A stretch of 64,000 nucleotides of DNA. It comes from Eledone cirrhosa (Eukaryota). The notes beneath the pieces were generated by a model. The model made no database searches. It was given only the letters and a program-made list of their open reading frames with translations, and was not told where the DNA came from. The position numbers and the translations under genes were made by a program. Location: NCBI GenBank assembly GCA_964016885.1, contig OZ024741.1, positions 288,176,001 to 288,240,000 on the forward strand, written 5' to 3'. Below, one piece after another: positions 14,446 through 28,260 of the stretch; within the stretch, counting starts at the first letter, position 1; every line of letters starts with the position of its first letter.

Positions 14446-14472
14446 CACACACACACATAATATATATATATA
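12981..14472. repeat. (CT)n plus interrupted (TA)n/(CA) microsatellite tracts
   Basis: Direct inspection; interrupted by ~110 bp of non-repetitive sequence at 13525-13645. Confidence 0.97.
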
Positions 14473-14692
14473 GTATTTACGTATCGAGAAAGAGAAAGAA
14501 AGGGGGGATAGGTGATACATATAGTTATTTGCCAAGTAGCGTATGCCAAAGGTGCTCGATACTAGTGCCGGCAGTATTAAATATTCGAAGTGTTAATATT
14601 TAGTGGGCTAGAGAGTTAGCAGAGCGTAAGCACGTGGGAAAGTAAAAAATCGGAGAATAGACCGTTAAAACATGTTTATTTAAGACAGCACC

Positions 14693-14730
14693 TATGTACG
14701 TTTCGCCCAGTTGGGCTTCTCAAGGGCATA
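14693..14730 (-). ncRNA. Minimal type-I hammerhead ribozyme motif, U3-A8 core variant
   Basis: TATG-CCC-TTGAGAA-GCCC(AACT)GGGC-GAAAC-GTA-CATA, followed by AATAAA, in the PLE 3' region. Confidence 0.65.
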
Positions 14731-15023
14731 AATAATCACAAGTGCTCCTTATATTGCTCGGAAAGAGTTTTTGGGGTTAAATCCACATCAAGGTTCATTG
14801 CTCGCAAAAATATCTTGTTTTGATTTTGCAGCAGGTCAAGGGAGGTAACTCTGGCCGGTGTTAGGGCAGTCTTTCCCCGGACAATTTAATTTTTTTTTTT
14901 TTTTGCCGCATCCGTTTGTCTGAGGCTGGGTCTGGTATGCAAGGATTGTTTCCTGGGTGTTATTTTGCAGCGCCTGCCCGCCGGGGTGTTAAGACTTGTT
15001 GCAGGGAGATCCATTGTACTGTT

Positions 15024-15926
15024 TCACTCTTCATCCTTAACCCATCTGAAGAAGGATATTTTTAAGCGATGTGTACAACTTATCGCTGTTTCAGCTCTGC
15101 TGTTGATGAGCTCGTGGGGTGCAGTTATGATGTGGTAGAGCTCCATGAGGCAAAGATCGCATTTCCTCTTGAAGTTGTACGGTGCAGCCCTGCTGACAAT
15201 CTCCCAGTGCATGGAGAAGCTGATGTTTAAGTCCTTTAGTGATGTGATGTAGTCCGCGAGCGAAGTGGAGTGCCTTAGTTTTCTATTTGTGAAAGAGTGG
15301 AGATGTGTTCGAAACCTAATTTTGAACGGGCCGGAGGTGGCCCCTATATAATGTTTAACGCTATTGTGGCTAGTGATAGTGCATCTATATATAGCCCTAT
15401 CAGTCAAGCAGTATCCTCTAAGGGGGCAGCGTCCTCTGTCGCGGCAGTTGCAATTTCTGTCGCGGTTCCGTCTATTTCCCACGGTAAGGCTATCATTGTT
15501 GCTGCCTATGTTGTTACCTACGCTACCGCAGCTGTCGTTAGCACAATTACAACCCACAGCACGCGGGGTGGTGCTATTGTTATTCCGCACGTCATGTTCC
15601 CCAGTCATTTCGCGGTTATTCTGGTTGCGTCTGCGGATGCCGTTGCCAACACTATTGGATGCTGCCAGGGAGTTGTTAAGGCCGATATAGTTATTGTCAG
15701 GTGTAGGTGCGTCTGTGTCGAGGTGCTGTGTCGTGGTGATCTTACTGTGGTTTGTTGTTCCTATGATGTCTGTTAGGTTAGGAGTAGTAGAGAAGGATAT
15801 TTTTATATTGTTCCTATTAAGAATTTTTCTATACCTATGGTTGGGTGGGAAGTTCTTCTCTAAGGCTTCGAAGAACATCCGGGGTATGTTGGAGGCCACA
15901 CTCCGAGAGTAGGGGGGTGGAACCAT
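15024..15926 (-). pseudogene. PLE linker + GIY-YIG endonuclease coding segment
   Basis: RAIYRCTITSHNSVKHYIGATSGPFKIRFRTH; open for 300 codons, continuing ORF 15860..16780 after a frameshift in a C-run. Confidence 0.88.
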
Positions 15927-16866
15927 AGGACGTTACGGTGGCGATTACGTGTCCTTGTACTTTTGCTACGGGTGGTTCCATCTAAGTGACCGTTCTTATG
16001 TGTGTTAATGCGCAGTCGCCCGTTCGGTGCCCCTTTCACTTTATGCTCGGGTGCACACTTTCTACCTCTTCCATGTTTATGTACACGAAGATGTTGGTTG
16101 GAAGGCGTTGGTAGTAGGCCGTCGCCTTTGTTGGTTTTGTAATAGGGGAATAGTTTGAGTAATCTACAGTGTTCACCGTTGCCGGGGACGTGATCTTTGG
16201 TGCGGTTATCTATTCTATTATATCCGACTTCAACGAGGTTGCCACGTGATCGGTTATAGGTATGGCTTACTATAACGTTAGTTTTATGAGGGGGGTGGTT
16301 TCTAGAGCTAGTGTTAGGGATGTAAGAAATTCCTCGGTTAAAGCCGGCGCTTATCAGGGCCCTATTGTAGTAATCTGCCGCTTGGTTGAAGATATCCTCA
16401 TTGGCGGATAGCCTCGAGATTCTATGTGAGATACTATAGACTATGGAGTTGAGAGTCTGCTTAGGGTGGTTGGAGGCATAATTAATATAAGAGAGGCACT
16501 CTCCAGGCTTATGGGATGGCTTGTATGAGCCAGTACTCAACTCCATGGTCACGTCCAGGAAGTTGACAACCCTGTGGTTGAGGTCCATAGTTACGGATAG
16601 GCCGTATGACTTAAAGAACCTGTGTATATGTTTGTTAAGGTTCTCTATCCTACGGGGGCTATGGTTCCTAACGGTAAACAGGGCGTTGTCCCTATATACA
16701 TTCTTCCCTAAGCTTATGTAGGAGGTATATCCCGACCAGGTCAGTTGCTTGCGCTGAGTCACTGGACCCCATCGTGACATCGAAGTTATCAGGACGGTTG
16801 GTTCTGGTCCAGTGGGAGCCTTCGAACTGGATAATGGTTCTACGTGCCGCTAGAATTATGTCTATT

Positions 16867-16899
<33 letters not shown>

Positions 16900-16908
<9 letters not shown>

Positions 16909-17896
16909 AAAAAGAGATGAAATCGAAAATGCAACTGTAGTCTTATTTTTTTAAAAAATATATATATTTATTTGGTTCCTTTACCGGTTTCGCAGTTCTT
17001 CTGCTTTTCAAAAGGTGAGTTGAGATGGAGGGTCTGTGGTTTTTCTCACATCTGGTTGGTCTCTGAATGTTACTTGTTTTATATGGAAAAAGTGGCTCGA
17101 AATGCCAGGTTTTTTGAGAAGTAATTTGATTGGTTTGTCAATAATTATAATAAATTTCGCGCCAGTTCATGTTACAATAGTTCTTCAAATAAGAGGGGGG
17201 GGGGGGGTTGTCACAGGTTGTTTTTTCATATACGAGTGTTTGAATTTTTTTTACTTGAAAAAAGGAGGCTCACGTAGGCTTTTTTTTGGTTGGTTATAAA
17301 TGAAATTATGGCTGTCACGTGAACAAGTTTTCATTAAATTTTTGTGCCCTTATTTGGAAATCCATTCTGTAGCTTTCTTAGAGAATTTTTTGATAAGTGA
17401 AAGATAATGGTCAAGAGAAAGGGATGGGAGAATTGTTCTGGTTCAGTGAATATGGTTAGTTCGCTGGGTGTCAGAATTCAGATTTTCTATTGAATAAAGA
17501 AAGTAAAGATATGTATGTTTATTTGTGTGCTTGTGTTTGTGTGTGCGTGTGTGCGTGTGTGTGTGTGTTTGAATTTCTTTACTTTAAAAAAAAGGTGGGT
17601 CACGAAGGCTTTTTTTAAATAAACGTGATTTGATTGGTTATAAATGAAATTTGGCTGTCACGTGAACAAGTTTTCATTACATTTTTGCGCCCTTATTTGG
17701 AAAACTATTCTGTAGCCTTTATAGAGAATGTTATGACAATGGAAAGATAATGGTCAAGAGAAATGGGATTGGGAGAATTGTTCTGGTTCAGTGAATATGG
17801 TTAGTTCACTGGGGTGTCAGAGTTCAGATTTTCTCTTGAAGTGAAGATATGTATGTTTATTTGTGTGCTTGTGTGTGTGTGTGTATGTGTGTGTGT

Positions 17897-17935
<39 letters not shown>

Positions 17936-18270
17936 TATTGGAAGATGATTCTATTAGTAGAAATGGGGGAGGGAGTTGTGTGTGTGTGTGTATATGGGTG
18001 TTATGTGTGTGTGTGCGAGTATGTTAAGATGGAGAGAATATATATTTTGTGTGTGTGTATGTATGTGTGTAGGAAAGAGGTTCTATTAGTAGAAATAGGG
18101 AGGGAGTTGTGGGTGTGGGGGTTGTTATGTGTGTGTATGTGTGTTATGTGTGTTATGGTTAGCATGTTAAGATGAAGAGAATATATATATATATTGTGTG
18201 TGTGTGTGTATGTGTGTGTGTAGGAAAGTGATTCCTTTAGTAGGAATATTTTTGAATGAACATATTTTCC
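16900..18270 (-). mobile_element. PLE 3' terminal/pseudo-LTR region with ~320-bp tandem duplication
   Basis: ~17236-17545 repeated at ~17564-17875; 16903-17050 matches 51563-51710; contains a hammerhead motif. Confidence 0.65.
16978..17015 (-). ncRNA. Minimal type-I hammerhead ribozyme motif, U3-A8 core variant
   Basis: CCTT-TTGAAAA-GCAG(AAGAA)CTGC-GAAAC-CG-GTA-AAGG; palindromic stem III ACCGGT; AATAAA downstream. Confidence 0.75.
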
Positions 18271-18328
18271 TTAAAACATTCCAGAAAAATAATTTTTTAG
18301 ACCAAGGCTACAGGACTCACGACACCCG

Positions 18329-19437
18329 GTGGCACAAACCGATTTTGAAAAACCGAAAATAATTAACATTTCAAATACAAACCTCTCAGCCCAACAAATA
18401 AAAATTCTCTCCAAAGGTCTGAAATTCACACCAACACCACAATACCCTAACCCCAACGAGATAAATGACGATATCTCACACTTCTGTAGAAAATTACGTC
18501 TCACAGAGGAATTCTTTGACAAGGAGAATAACGGCGAATCAATTGTACGGAATAAAAGCAGCTACAACCCAACAAAAGGTAGAAACAGAGTTCTGGACAA
18601 ATTTTGTGACCACATAGCTACCTTCCCATACCATGAACTACTGCAACCTAAACCCAAACCGAGTCGAGGGGAATGGGAGATTATCCATGAACTAAAAAAC
18701 AATACGGACATTATAATTAAGGAAGCGGACAAGGGAAGTACTGTTGTCATTATGGAGGCTGAAAAATATAAAAATTCTATGTTCTCTCTCTTACAAAATA
18801 TTAATTACTATGAAAGAGTAAAAAACTACCAGCAATCAAAAATAATGACCAAATTAATTACATTGATTTATCGATACCAGGAAGACCTAACTAAAAAGGA
18901 ACATGATTATTTAACAAATTTTGAATACAAAACCAGCAACCTTTACGGACTTCCGAAGATCCACAAGTGTAAAATAATCAACGATGCCTGTAAACAATCC
19001 ACCTCAGCCTGCATGAACACACAATACCCCACAGACCTTAAATTAAGACCAATTGTAGCGGGCCCACAATGTGAAACACACAGATTGAGCAACTTTATAG
19101 ACATACTACTGAAACCAATACTGAAACACATACCAAGCCTTGTAAGAGACCATCTGGACCTCTTAAACCACCTCCCCAAACATGTCAACAACGACACTAT
19201 TATTGTGTCTTTCGATGTAGTGAATCTCTACACAACGATCTCACACCAATACGGACTAGAAGCAATAGGATTCTGGCTAGAGAAATATCCCAATGAGATA
19301 CCTGACAGAATAGAAAAAAGCTTCATCACCGAGGGATTAAAATTCATCCTACAGAACAACTTTTTTGATTTCGATGGCAATACTTACAAGCAAATATCGG
19401 GGACTGCGATGGGTACAAGAGCCGCTCCAACTTATGC
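18329..19437 (+). mobile_element. Penelope-like element (Neptune-type) RT, N-terminal half, open frame, 3'-truncated
   Basis: [70 protein letters not shown]; cut just before the catalytic YxDD by an RTE-type tail. Confidence 0.92.
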
Positions 19438-19507
19438 CTCAAGTGGGAAAACTCCCGTCCAAACCCATGCAAGTGTGGTGGATGGACTTTAAAAGATGAT
19501 GATGATG

Positions 19508-19859
19508 ATATATATATACACATATATATATATATATACACACATATACATATATATACACACACATATATATATATATATATATACACACACATATATA
19601 TATATATATACACACACACACATATATATATATACACACACACATATATATATATATAGACACAGATATATATATATATATATACACACACATATATATA
19701 TATACACACATATATATATACACACATATATATATATATATACACACACATATATATATATACACACATATATATATACACACATATATATATATATATA
19801 CACACACATATATATATATATATATATACACACACATATATATATATATATATATACAA

Positions 19860-19914
<55 letters not shown>

Positions 19915-20427
19915 CGCATATATATATATATATATACACATATATATATATATATATATACACATATATATATACACACATATATATATATATATACACA
20001 TATATATATACACACATATATATATATATATACACATATATATATATACACATATATATATATACACATATATATATACACACATATATATATATATATA
20101 TACACATATATATATACACATATATATATATATATATACACATATATATATACACATATATATATACACATATATATATATATATATACACACATATATA
20201 TACATATATACACATATATATATATACACACATATATATATATATATATATACACATACACATATATATATACACACATACACATATATATATACACACA
20301 TACACATATATATATACATACACATATATATATATACACATACACATATATATATACATACACATATATATATACATACACATATATATATATACATACA
20401 TATATATATATACATATACATATATAC

Positions 20428-20468
<41 letters not shown>

Positions 20469-20727
20469 TATATATACATACACACATATATATATACATA
20501 TACATATATATATATATATATATACACATATATATATACATACATATATATATACATACACATATATATATACATACACATATATATATATATACATATA
20601 CATACACATATATATATATATACATACACACATATATGTATATATATACATACACATATATATATATATATATACATACACACACATATATATATACACA
20701 CATATATATATATATATATACACACAT

Positions 20728-20762
<35 letters not shown>

Positions 20763-20775
20763 CACACACACATAT
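19508..20775. repeat. Interrupted (TA)n/(CA) microsatellite, ~1.27 kb
   Basis: Direct inspection. Confidence 0.97.
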
Positions 20776-21105
20776 ATCATCATCATCATTTCATTTTACG
20801 TCCGCTTTTTCCCTGCTTGCAAGGGTGGGACGGGAACTGATTCTGGCTTGATTTCTACAGCTGGATGCCCTTCCAAACACCAACCTCATTTACAGTGAGT
20901 ACTGGGTGCTTTTTTACCGTGGCACCTCCACGACCACTTTGCAGTGGAATGATAGGGACCCCAGTCCCTATCATCTCATTTCTACAGCTGAGTAAACTGG
21001 AGCAATGTGAAATAAAGTGTCTTGCTCAAGGAAACAACATATCACCCGGTCTGAGAATTGAACTCACAACCTTTCGATTGCAAGGCCAATGCTCTAACCA
21101 CTAAG
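20776..21105 (-). mobile_element. tRNA-derived CORE-like SINE family B with RTE tail
   Basis: Minus strand: box A CTTAGTGGTTAGAGC, box B GAGTTCAATTCTC, CCTTGAGCAAGACACTT core, tail CCCTTGCAAGCAGGGAAAAAGCGGACGTAAAATGAAATGATGATG. Confidence 0.88.
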
Positions 21106-21142
21106 CGTATATATACACATATATATATATATATATATACAC

Positions 21143-21173
<31 letters not shown>

Positions 21174-21394
21174 TATATATATATATATACACATATATAT
21201 ATATATATATATACACATATATATATATATATACACACATATATATTTACAGTGTTTACTGAGAGGTTTTTACCGTGTTACCTACACGGCCACATTACAG
21301 CGTGGACTGTGTGTTTTTTGTCGTGACACCTACACGACCTCATATATATATATATATGTGTATATATATATATATATATGTGTATATATATATA

Positions 21395-21433
<39 letters not shown>

Positions 21434-21524
21434 ATATATATATATATATATATGTGTATATATATATATATATATGTGTATATATATATGTGTATATATA
21501 TATATATATATGTGTATATATATA

Positions 21525-21565
<41 letters not shown>

Positions 21566-21670
21566 ATATATATATGTGTATATATATATATATATGTGTA
21601 TATATATATTTATATATATATATATATATGTGCATATATATATATATATATGTGTATATATATATATATA

Positions 21671-21768
<98 letters not shown>

Positions 21769-21854
21769 AATATATATATATATGTATATAAATATATATA
21801 TATATATATGTATATAAATATATATATATGTATATAAATATATATATATATATA

Positions 21855-24683
21855 TCATCATCATCATCAACGTTTAACGTCCGTGTTCCACGCTTGCATG
21901 GGTTTGGACGGGGGTAGTCCCACTTGAGGCAAGAGTGATTGTCTTGCTCGCATAGGACTGTCTGGCAGGTTTTCTACAGTTGGATGCCCTTCCTAACACC
22001 AACCACATTTACAGTGTGGGTCTGGGAGGTTTTTACCGTGTTGCCTACACGGCCACATTACAGCGTGGACTGTGTGTTTTTTTGTCGTGACACCTACACA
22101 ATCTCATTTGTTTCGGCCTCGATGGCGCGGCACCAACATAACTTTACATAGAACGGGGTGGTGTGGATGGGGTGGGGGTGGTGGTGGTGGGACGGGGTGT
22201 ATTTTGTTAGAGATGCCTACTGGCTAGAGTAGGTTTTACTATATATTTAGGTAAGGCGGGTCTTCTCTGTTACTAAGTACCGCCAAAGGTCTCGGTCCAG
22301 TGACATTGTCTTGGAGAGGTGTAAGTGTGTGATGTCGGAGTTTATCAGCTCGTCCCAGGTTTTTCTAGGTCTGCCTATTCCGTGACTACCGTCTATCTTT
22401 ATTGCCCTGCACTTTGTTATACACCTATCGACTTTCATGCGCATCACGTGTCCATACCAACGTAGCCTTCTCTCGAGTAAACAACATCTGATCCCTCTTA
22501 TCTCTAATTTTTTCCTTAGTTCGTTTATGCTTTGCCGTTCACGTATATTACTGTTACACATCCAGCGGAGCATGCAAGCTTCGTTCCTCTCTAGTCTGCG
22601 TATATCCTCTGCACACAATGCCCAGGTCTCACTGCCATGCAGCATTGCTGTTCGTATGCAGGCATCGTACAACCTGCCTTTCATTTTTAGGGAGAACCCT
22701 TTAGCAGCTAATAGTGGTATAAGCTCTCTGAACTTTTTCCAACCAGTTCTGACTCTAGCTACAGTACTTTCAGAGCACCCTCCCCCACTGCTGACTTTAT
22801 CGCCCAGGTAACGGAAGCTGTCCACTATTTCTATAGAACCCTCTGCGCAATTGAAAGAGCTAGTATTTTGTGGGCACTTGCTGCTTCTTATTGCACCAGA
22901 ACACCGGCCACATGTAAAATCTATGTTCTTAGTTAGCTTACCTGTGATCCCACTACATCTTTTATGCACCCATACTTTGCATTTAGGACATAAAATGGAG
23001 TTTCTACCTACGCCTTTCCTACACACCGAGCACAACCATTTCCCAGAAGGGACCGCCGCCTTGTTTTCTTTCCTACAAACTAGTACTTTGGTCTTAGCCA
23101 GGTTAATTTTAAGTCCTTTTGACTCTAGGCCGTGCTTCCATGTTTGGAATTTCTTCTCTAGCTCGGCCATTGATTCCGCTATGAGTGTCAGGTCGTCTGC
23201 GTATAGGAGTTCCCATGGGCAGCCTGTCTTGAACTCCTCTGTTATAGCCTGAAGGGCAATAATAAATAGTAGGGGGCTGAGAACAGAGCCCTGATGGACG
23301 CCAACTTTTACGCTAAACTCTTCACTATATTCGTTGTTAATTCTAACCTTGCTGACTGTTTCTTTATACATGGCTTGTATAGCCCTCACAAGCCATTCGT
23401 CAACGCCTAGTTTTCTAAGAGCCCACCAGATAATGGAGCGGGGGACTCTGTCGAAGGCTTTCTCCAAGTCGACAAAAGCTAAGTAGAGGGGTTTACCTTT
23501 AGCTAGGTACTTCTCCTGTAGTTGTCGTACTATGAAAAGAGCGTCTGTGGTACTTTTGCCTGACACAAACCCGAACTGCATTTCATCTAGGTCAATTCTC
23601 TCTCTGATTAGTTGCGCTATTACTTTTTCCGTGACCTTCATGACCTGGTCGATTAATTTAATGCCTCTATAGTTACTCCTATCTAGGGCGTCTCCTTTAC
23701 CCTTATAACAGTTAACGATGATGCTGCTATGCCAGTCCTTCGGAACAACCCCATTCTGTACGACTTGGTTAACTATGCGGGTGACCATGGTGTGTCCCAC
23801 CGTGCCAGATGCCTTCAGCATCTCAGCAACTATTTCCGAAGGCCCAGCCGCCTTACCCGTCTTCATATCCTTGATTGCCTTACTTATTATACTCCCCTCG
23901 ACTAACACTGCTGGTCCCTCTATTGGGTCGATATGGGGGAGACTGTCTTTCTCCCATTTATTCTCCTCATTTAGTAGCCTTTCATAGTGACACTTCCAAG
24001 CTACCTTCTTATCAGCGTCGGTGATGGCAAGTGTGCCATCGTCGTTTAGTACACACTTCTCCCCGACAATATCACGGTTTTCCTTGACGCATTGCCTAGC
24101 AATCCTGAACACCTCACGTTTTTGGTCATCGCGTTGTAGAACATGCTTGAACTTTCTTTCCTCAGCTTCCCTTCTTGCTAAGTACACTTGTCTCCTAGCT
24201 TCCCTCCTGGCCACTTGATAGTCTTCTCTACTTCCCCCATCCCGCCATACTTTCCAAGCCTGCCTTTTGGCCTTAATTGACCCCTCCACCTTACTGTTCC
24301 ACCACCATGTTACTCTCCTCCTGCCTACAGGCCTGCTCCAGCCACAGACTTCGTCTGTCGCCAACAGCAGGTTTGCTTTCAGAAATTCCCACTCTCCCTC
24401 TATATTGTCCGACTCTAAATGTTCTTCCTTACTGTCGAAAGCATCAAGTAATATGCTTTGAAATTTATTCCTGGCTGTGGGGTCCTTTAGCTTCCATATT
24501 TTTCTCCTGAGGATAGTCCTCTTCTGCTGTCGAGTACGTCTCGTCCTGACTATGAGGTCGCTAATTATCAGTCTATGTTGGGAGGTGCATTCTTCATGGG
24601 GGAGGGATTTAGTGTTTACAACAGACACTCTGTCACGTCTTCTGGTAAGGATATAATCTACCTGGCTTGTGTGTTCCCCGGAT
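21855..24683 (-). mobile_element. Young 5'-truncated RTE-clade LINE with ~390-nt 3' UTR and (GAT)n tail
   Basis: Uninterrupted 793-aa ORF; both ends embedded in (TA)n tracts. Confidence 0.96.
22247..24628 (-). CDS. RTE LINE ORF: end of AP endonuclease + reverse transcriptase with internal PHD-type finger + RTE C-terminus (start codon not authentic)
   Basis: [98 protein letters not shown]. Confidence 0.95.
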   Translation of the reverse strand: MSVVNTKSLPHEECTSQHRLIISDLIVRTRRTRQQKRTILRRKIWKLKDPTARNKFQSILLDAFDSKEEHLESDNIEGEWEFLKANLLLATDEVCGWSRPVGRRRVTWWWNSKVEGSIKAKRQAWKVWRDGGSREDYQVARREARRQVYLARREAEERKFKHVLQRDDQKREVFRIARQCVKENRDIVGEKCVLNDDGTLAITDADKKVAWKCHYERLLNEENKWEKDSLPHIDPIEGPAVLVEGSIISKAIKDMKTGKAAGPSEIVAEMLKASGTVGHTMVTRIVNQVVQNGVVPKDWHSSIIVNCYKGKGDALDRSNYRGIKLIDQVMKVTEKVIAQLIRERIDLDEMQFGFVSGKSTTDALFIVRQLQEKYLAKGKPLYLAFVDLEKAFDRVPRSIIWWALRKLGVDEWLVRAIQAMYKETVSKVRINNEYSEEFSVKVGVHQGSVLSPLLFIIALQAITEEFKTGCPWELLYADDLTLIAESMAELEKKFQTWKHGLESKGLKINLAKTKVLVCRKENKAAVPSGKWLCSVCRKGVGRNSILCPKCKVWVHKRCSGITGKLTKNIDFTCGRCSGAIRSSKCPQNTSSFNCAEGSIEIVDSFRYLGDKVSSGGGCSESTVARVRTGWKKFRELIPLLAAKGFSLKMKGRLYDACIRTAMLHGSETWALCAEDIRRLERNEACMLRWMCNSNIRERQSINELRKKLEIRGIRCCLLERRLRWYGHVMRMKVDRCITKCRAIKIDGSHGIGRPRKTWDELINSDITHLHLSKTMSLDRDLWRYLVTEKTRLT

Positions 24684-25599
<916 letters not shown>

Positions 25600-25600
<1 letters not shown>

Positions 25601-26577
25601 ACATTATGAAGAGAGAAGAAACATTTAGATATAATTAGTAATAAAATGTATCATACCTAAACTGTTCCTAAATTCCTCGACTACGTAGTTTCGTGGCATA
25701 AACAAAAACAATATATCAAAGATATAGAGTCCTTGCGAGGTCTGCCGACTTATCAAGAGTTTAGGTATGATACATTTTATTACTAATTATATCTAAATGT
25801 TTCTTCTCTCTTCATAATGTATTTTTAACTCTGATACTGGTTCAGTCTAGTTCAAACTGAATTGGTCTGTCCCAGTCATTCATTGAGCAACATCGGTGAA
25901 GTTGGCACCCTTAACTCACAGTTGGGTGCGGATGCATTCATGTATATATGTGTGTGTCCGCATGTATCTGTGTGTTTCTAAATATATTAATAACTCCCTC
26001 TGGTCGAGCAATCTTTGAAGTGTGAGGACAACTGGAAAGCTTCCATTACTCATACTTCTCGCCTTCTTCACTACCTCTTCTACGGCCTCGATATGAATAC
26101 CCCCTCCGCCTCCGTGGTATTTTCTTCGTGGTTATAAGAGGCTTAGCTCTGTTTCTCGACCGTTATATCGCGTGACTATCTCCCCCTCCGCCTTTTGGGA
26201 TTCTTTCTCACGTCGTGTAGACGCGTTCTTGAGACTAGTAAAATGAGGTATCCTCTTGATAAGTCGGCAGACCTCGCAAGGACTCTATATCTTTGATATA
26301 TTGTTTTTGTTTATGCCACGAAACTACGTAGTCGAGGAATTTAGGAACAGTTTAGGTATGATACATTTTATTACTAATTATATCTAAATGTTTCTTCTCT
26401 CTTCATAATGTATTTTTAACTCTGATACTGGTTCAGTCTAGTTCAAACTGAATTGGTCTGTCCCAGTCATTCATTGAGCAACATCGGTGAAGTTGGCACC
26501 CTTAACTCACAGTTGGGTGCGGATGCATTCATGTATATATGTGTGTGTCCGCATGTATCTGTGTGTTTCTAAATATA
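25600..26577 (+). mobile_element. PLE pseudo-LTR with inverted and tandem partial copies
   Basis: 25600-25759 is the reverse complement of ~26253-26412; ~25758-25985 is a direct copy of ~26349-26576; copies appear identical by eye; contains a hammerhead motif. Confidence 0.8.
26251..26338 (+). ncRNA. Type-I hammerhead ribozyme motif, U3-A8 variant with enlarged stem II
   Basis: TCCTC-TTGATAA-GTCGGCA...TGCCAC-GAAAC-TACGTA-GTC-GAGGA. Confidence 0.75.
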
Positions 26578-26733
26578 TACATATATATATATACATATAT
26601 ACATATATATATATACATATATATATATACATATATATATATACATATATACATATACATATATACATATATATATATACATATATATATATACATATAT
26701 ATATATACATATATATATATACATATATATATA

Positions 26734-26807
<74 letters not shown>

Positions 26808-26894
26808 TATATACACATATATATATACACATATATATATACACATATATATATACATATATATATACATATATATATACACATATATATATAC

Positions 26895-26927
<33 letters not shown>

Positions 26928-26928
26928 C

Positions 26929-26973
<45 letters not shown>

Positions 26974-27016
26974 CATATACATATATACATATACATATAT
27001 ATACATATATACATAC

Positions 27017-27047
<31 letters not shown>

Positions 27048-27241
27048 CATACATACATATACATACATACATATATATGTATATGTATATATATGTATAT
27101 ATATATACATATATATATACATATATATATACATATATATATATATATACATATATATATACATATATATATACATACATATATATATACATATATATAT
27201 ATATACATACATATATATATATATATATATACATATACACA
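26573..27241. repeat. Interrupted (TA)n microsatellite
   Basis: Direct inspection. Confidence 0.97.
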
Positions 27242-27481
27242 TAACACTTCTTATTGCTTCCTACATAATACATAATAAGATTAAAGGGTTAATACTATTT
27301 AATCTAGCGTGACTGACAGAAATGCTAATAACTATAGCAGAGCTTAAGAATTGTCAACCAACAGATTTGCATTTACTTCCTTTTCCATTCATTTCCTGAG
27401 GCTATTTATTTATATTTTTTAATTGAGATTATCAGGAATGGCATATTGATGCAAAGTCATGGTAGATATGCATATGATGTA

Positions 27482-27790
27482 TGGGTCATATGGAATGGTG
27501 GGATGGTTGACTGGGAGACAGCAAAGATATGGTGGTGTGTATATGTGGTGTGTGGGTCATATGGAATGGTGGGATGGTTGACTGGGAGACAGCAAAGACA
27601 TGGTGGTGTGTGGGTCATATGGAATGGTGGGGTGGTTGACTGGGAGACAGCAAAGACATGGAGGTGTGGGTCATATGGAATGGTGGGGTGGTTGACTGGG
27701 AGACAGCAAAGACATGGAGGTGTGGGTCATATGGAATGGTGGGGTGGTTGACTGGGAGACAGCAAAGACATGGTGGTGTGTATATGTGTA
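27482..27790. repeat. Minisatellite, 5 copies of a ~56-bp unit
   Basis: TGGGTCATATGGAATGGTGGGGTGGTTGACTGGGAGACAGCAAAGACATGG starts at 27482, 27553, 27611, 27667, 27723. Confidence 0.9.
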
Positions 27791-27844
27791 TGACGACATG
27801 GTGGAAGAATATGGACAGAATGGTAAACAGCAAATCTATGGTGA

Positions 27845-28260
27845 TCATCATCATCATCATCTTCGTTTCATGTCCATCTTCCACACTAGCATGGATTAGA
27901 CGAGAGTTGTCCCACTTGAGGCAAGGTTGGGTCGGGTGACCGTGTCTCGCTCATATAGGACTATCTGGCAGGTTTTCTACGGCTGGATGCCCTTCCTGTC
28001 ACCAACCACATTTACAGTGTGGAACTGGGAACTTTTTACCGTGTTACCTACACGGAACACATTACAGCGTGACACCTACACGATCTCATTATCTCATTTA
28101 TTTGGACTGGTTTGTTGTGATACAAACTTTACAGAGCGAGGGTGGTGTTGGTGGGAGTGGGAGGATAGGGTAGGGATAGTGGATTGGGGTGTATATTTGG
28201 TTAAGAGGTGCCTACTGACTGTAGGTTTCGCTTTGTACATAGGCAAGGCGGGTCTTGTGT
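27845..28260 (-). mobile_element. RTE LINE 3' UTR-only copy
   Basis: Collinear with 3350-3785. Confidence 0.85.

Larger units (their letters stand above)
14473..16870 (-). mobile_element. Penelope-like element, Naiad-type, 5'-truncated (RT C-half + GIY-YIG endonuclease + 3' terminal region)
   Basis: FDVTMGSSDSAQ..DLVG, YRDN (YRDD), VNFLDV, SNHP, RNVLWFHPPYS..V.SNI, CNCR...CPL.G.CL, AIY...HYIG, CDLC..E...I, C.HR; frameshifts near 16700 and 15915; flanked on both sides by (TA)n. Confidence 0.9.

Noticed and set aside
14730-16870. Selenoprotein-type Naiad (in-frame UGA plus SECIS)
   Set aside because: Conserved Cys positions are ordinary Cys codons in the recovered frames, and no convincing SECIS is visible in the 3' region
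27482-27790. CRISPR-like array
   Set aside because: Units are tandem without unique spacers; eukaryotic context; no cas genes
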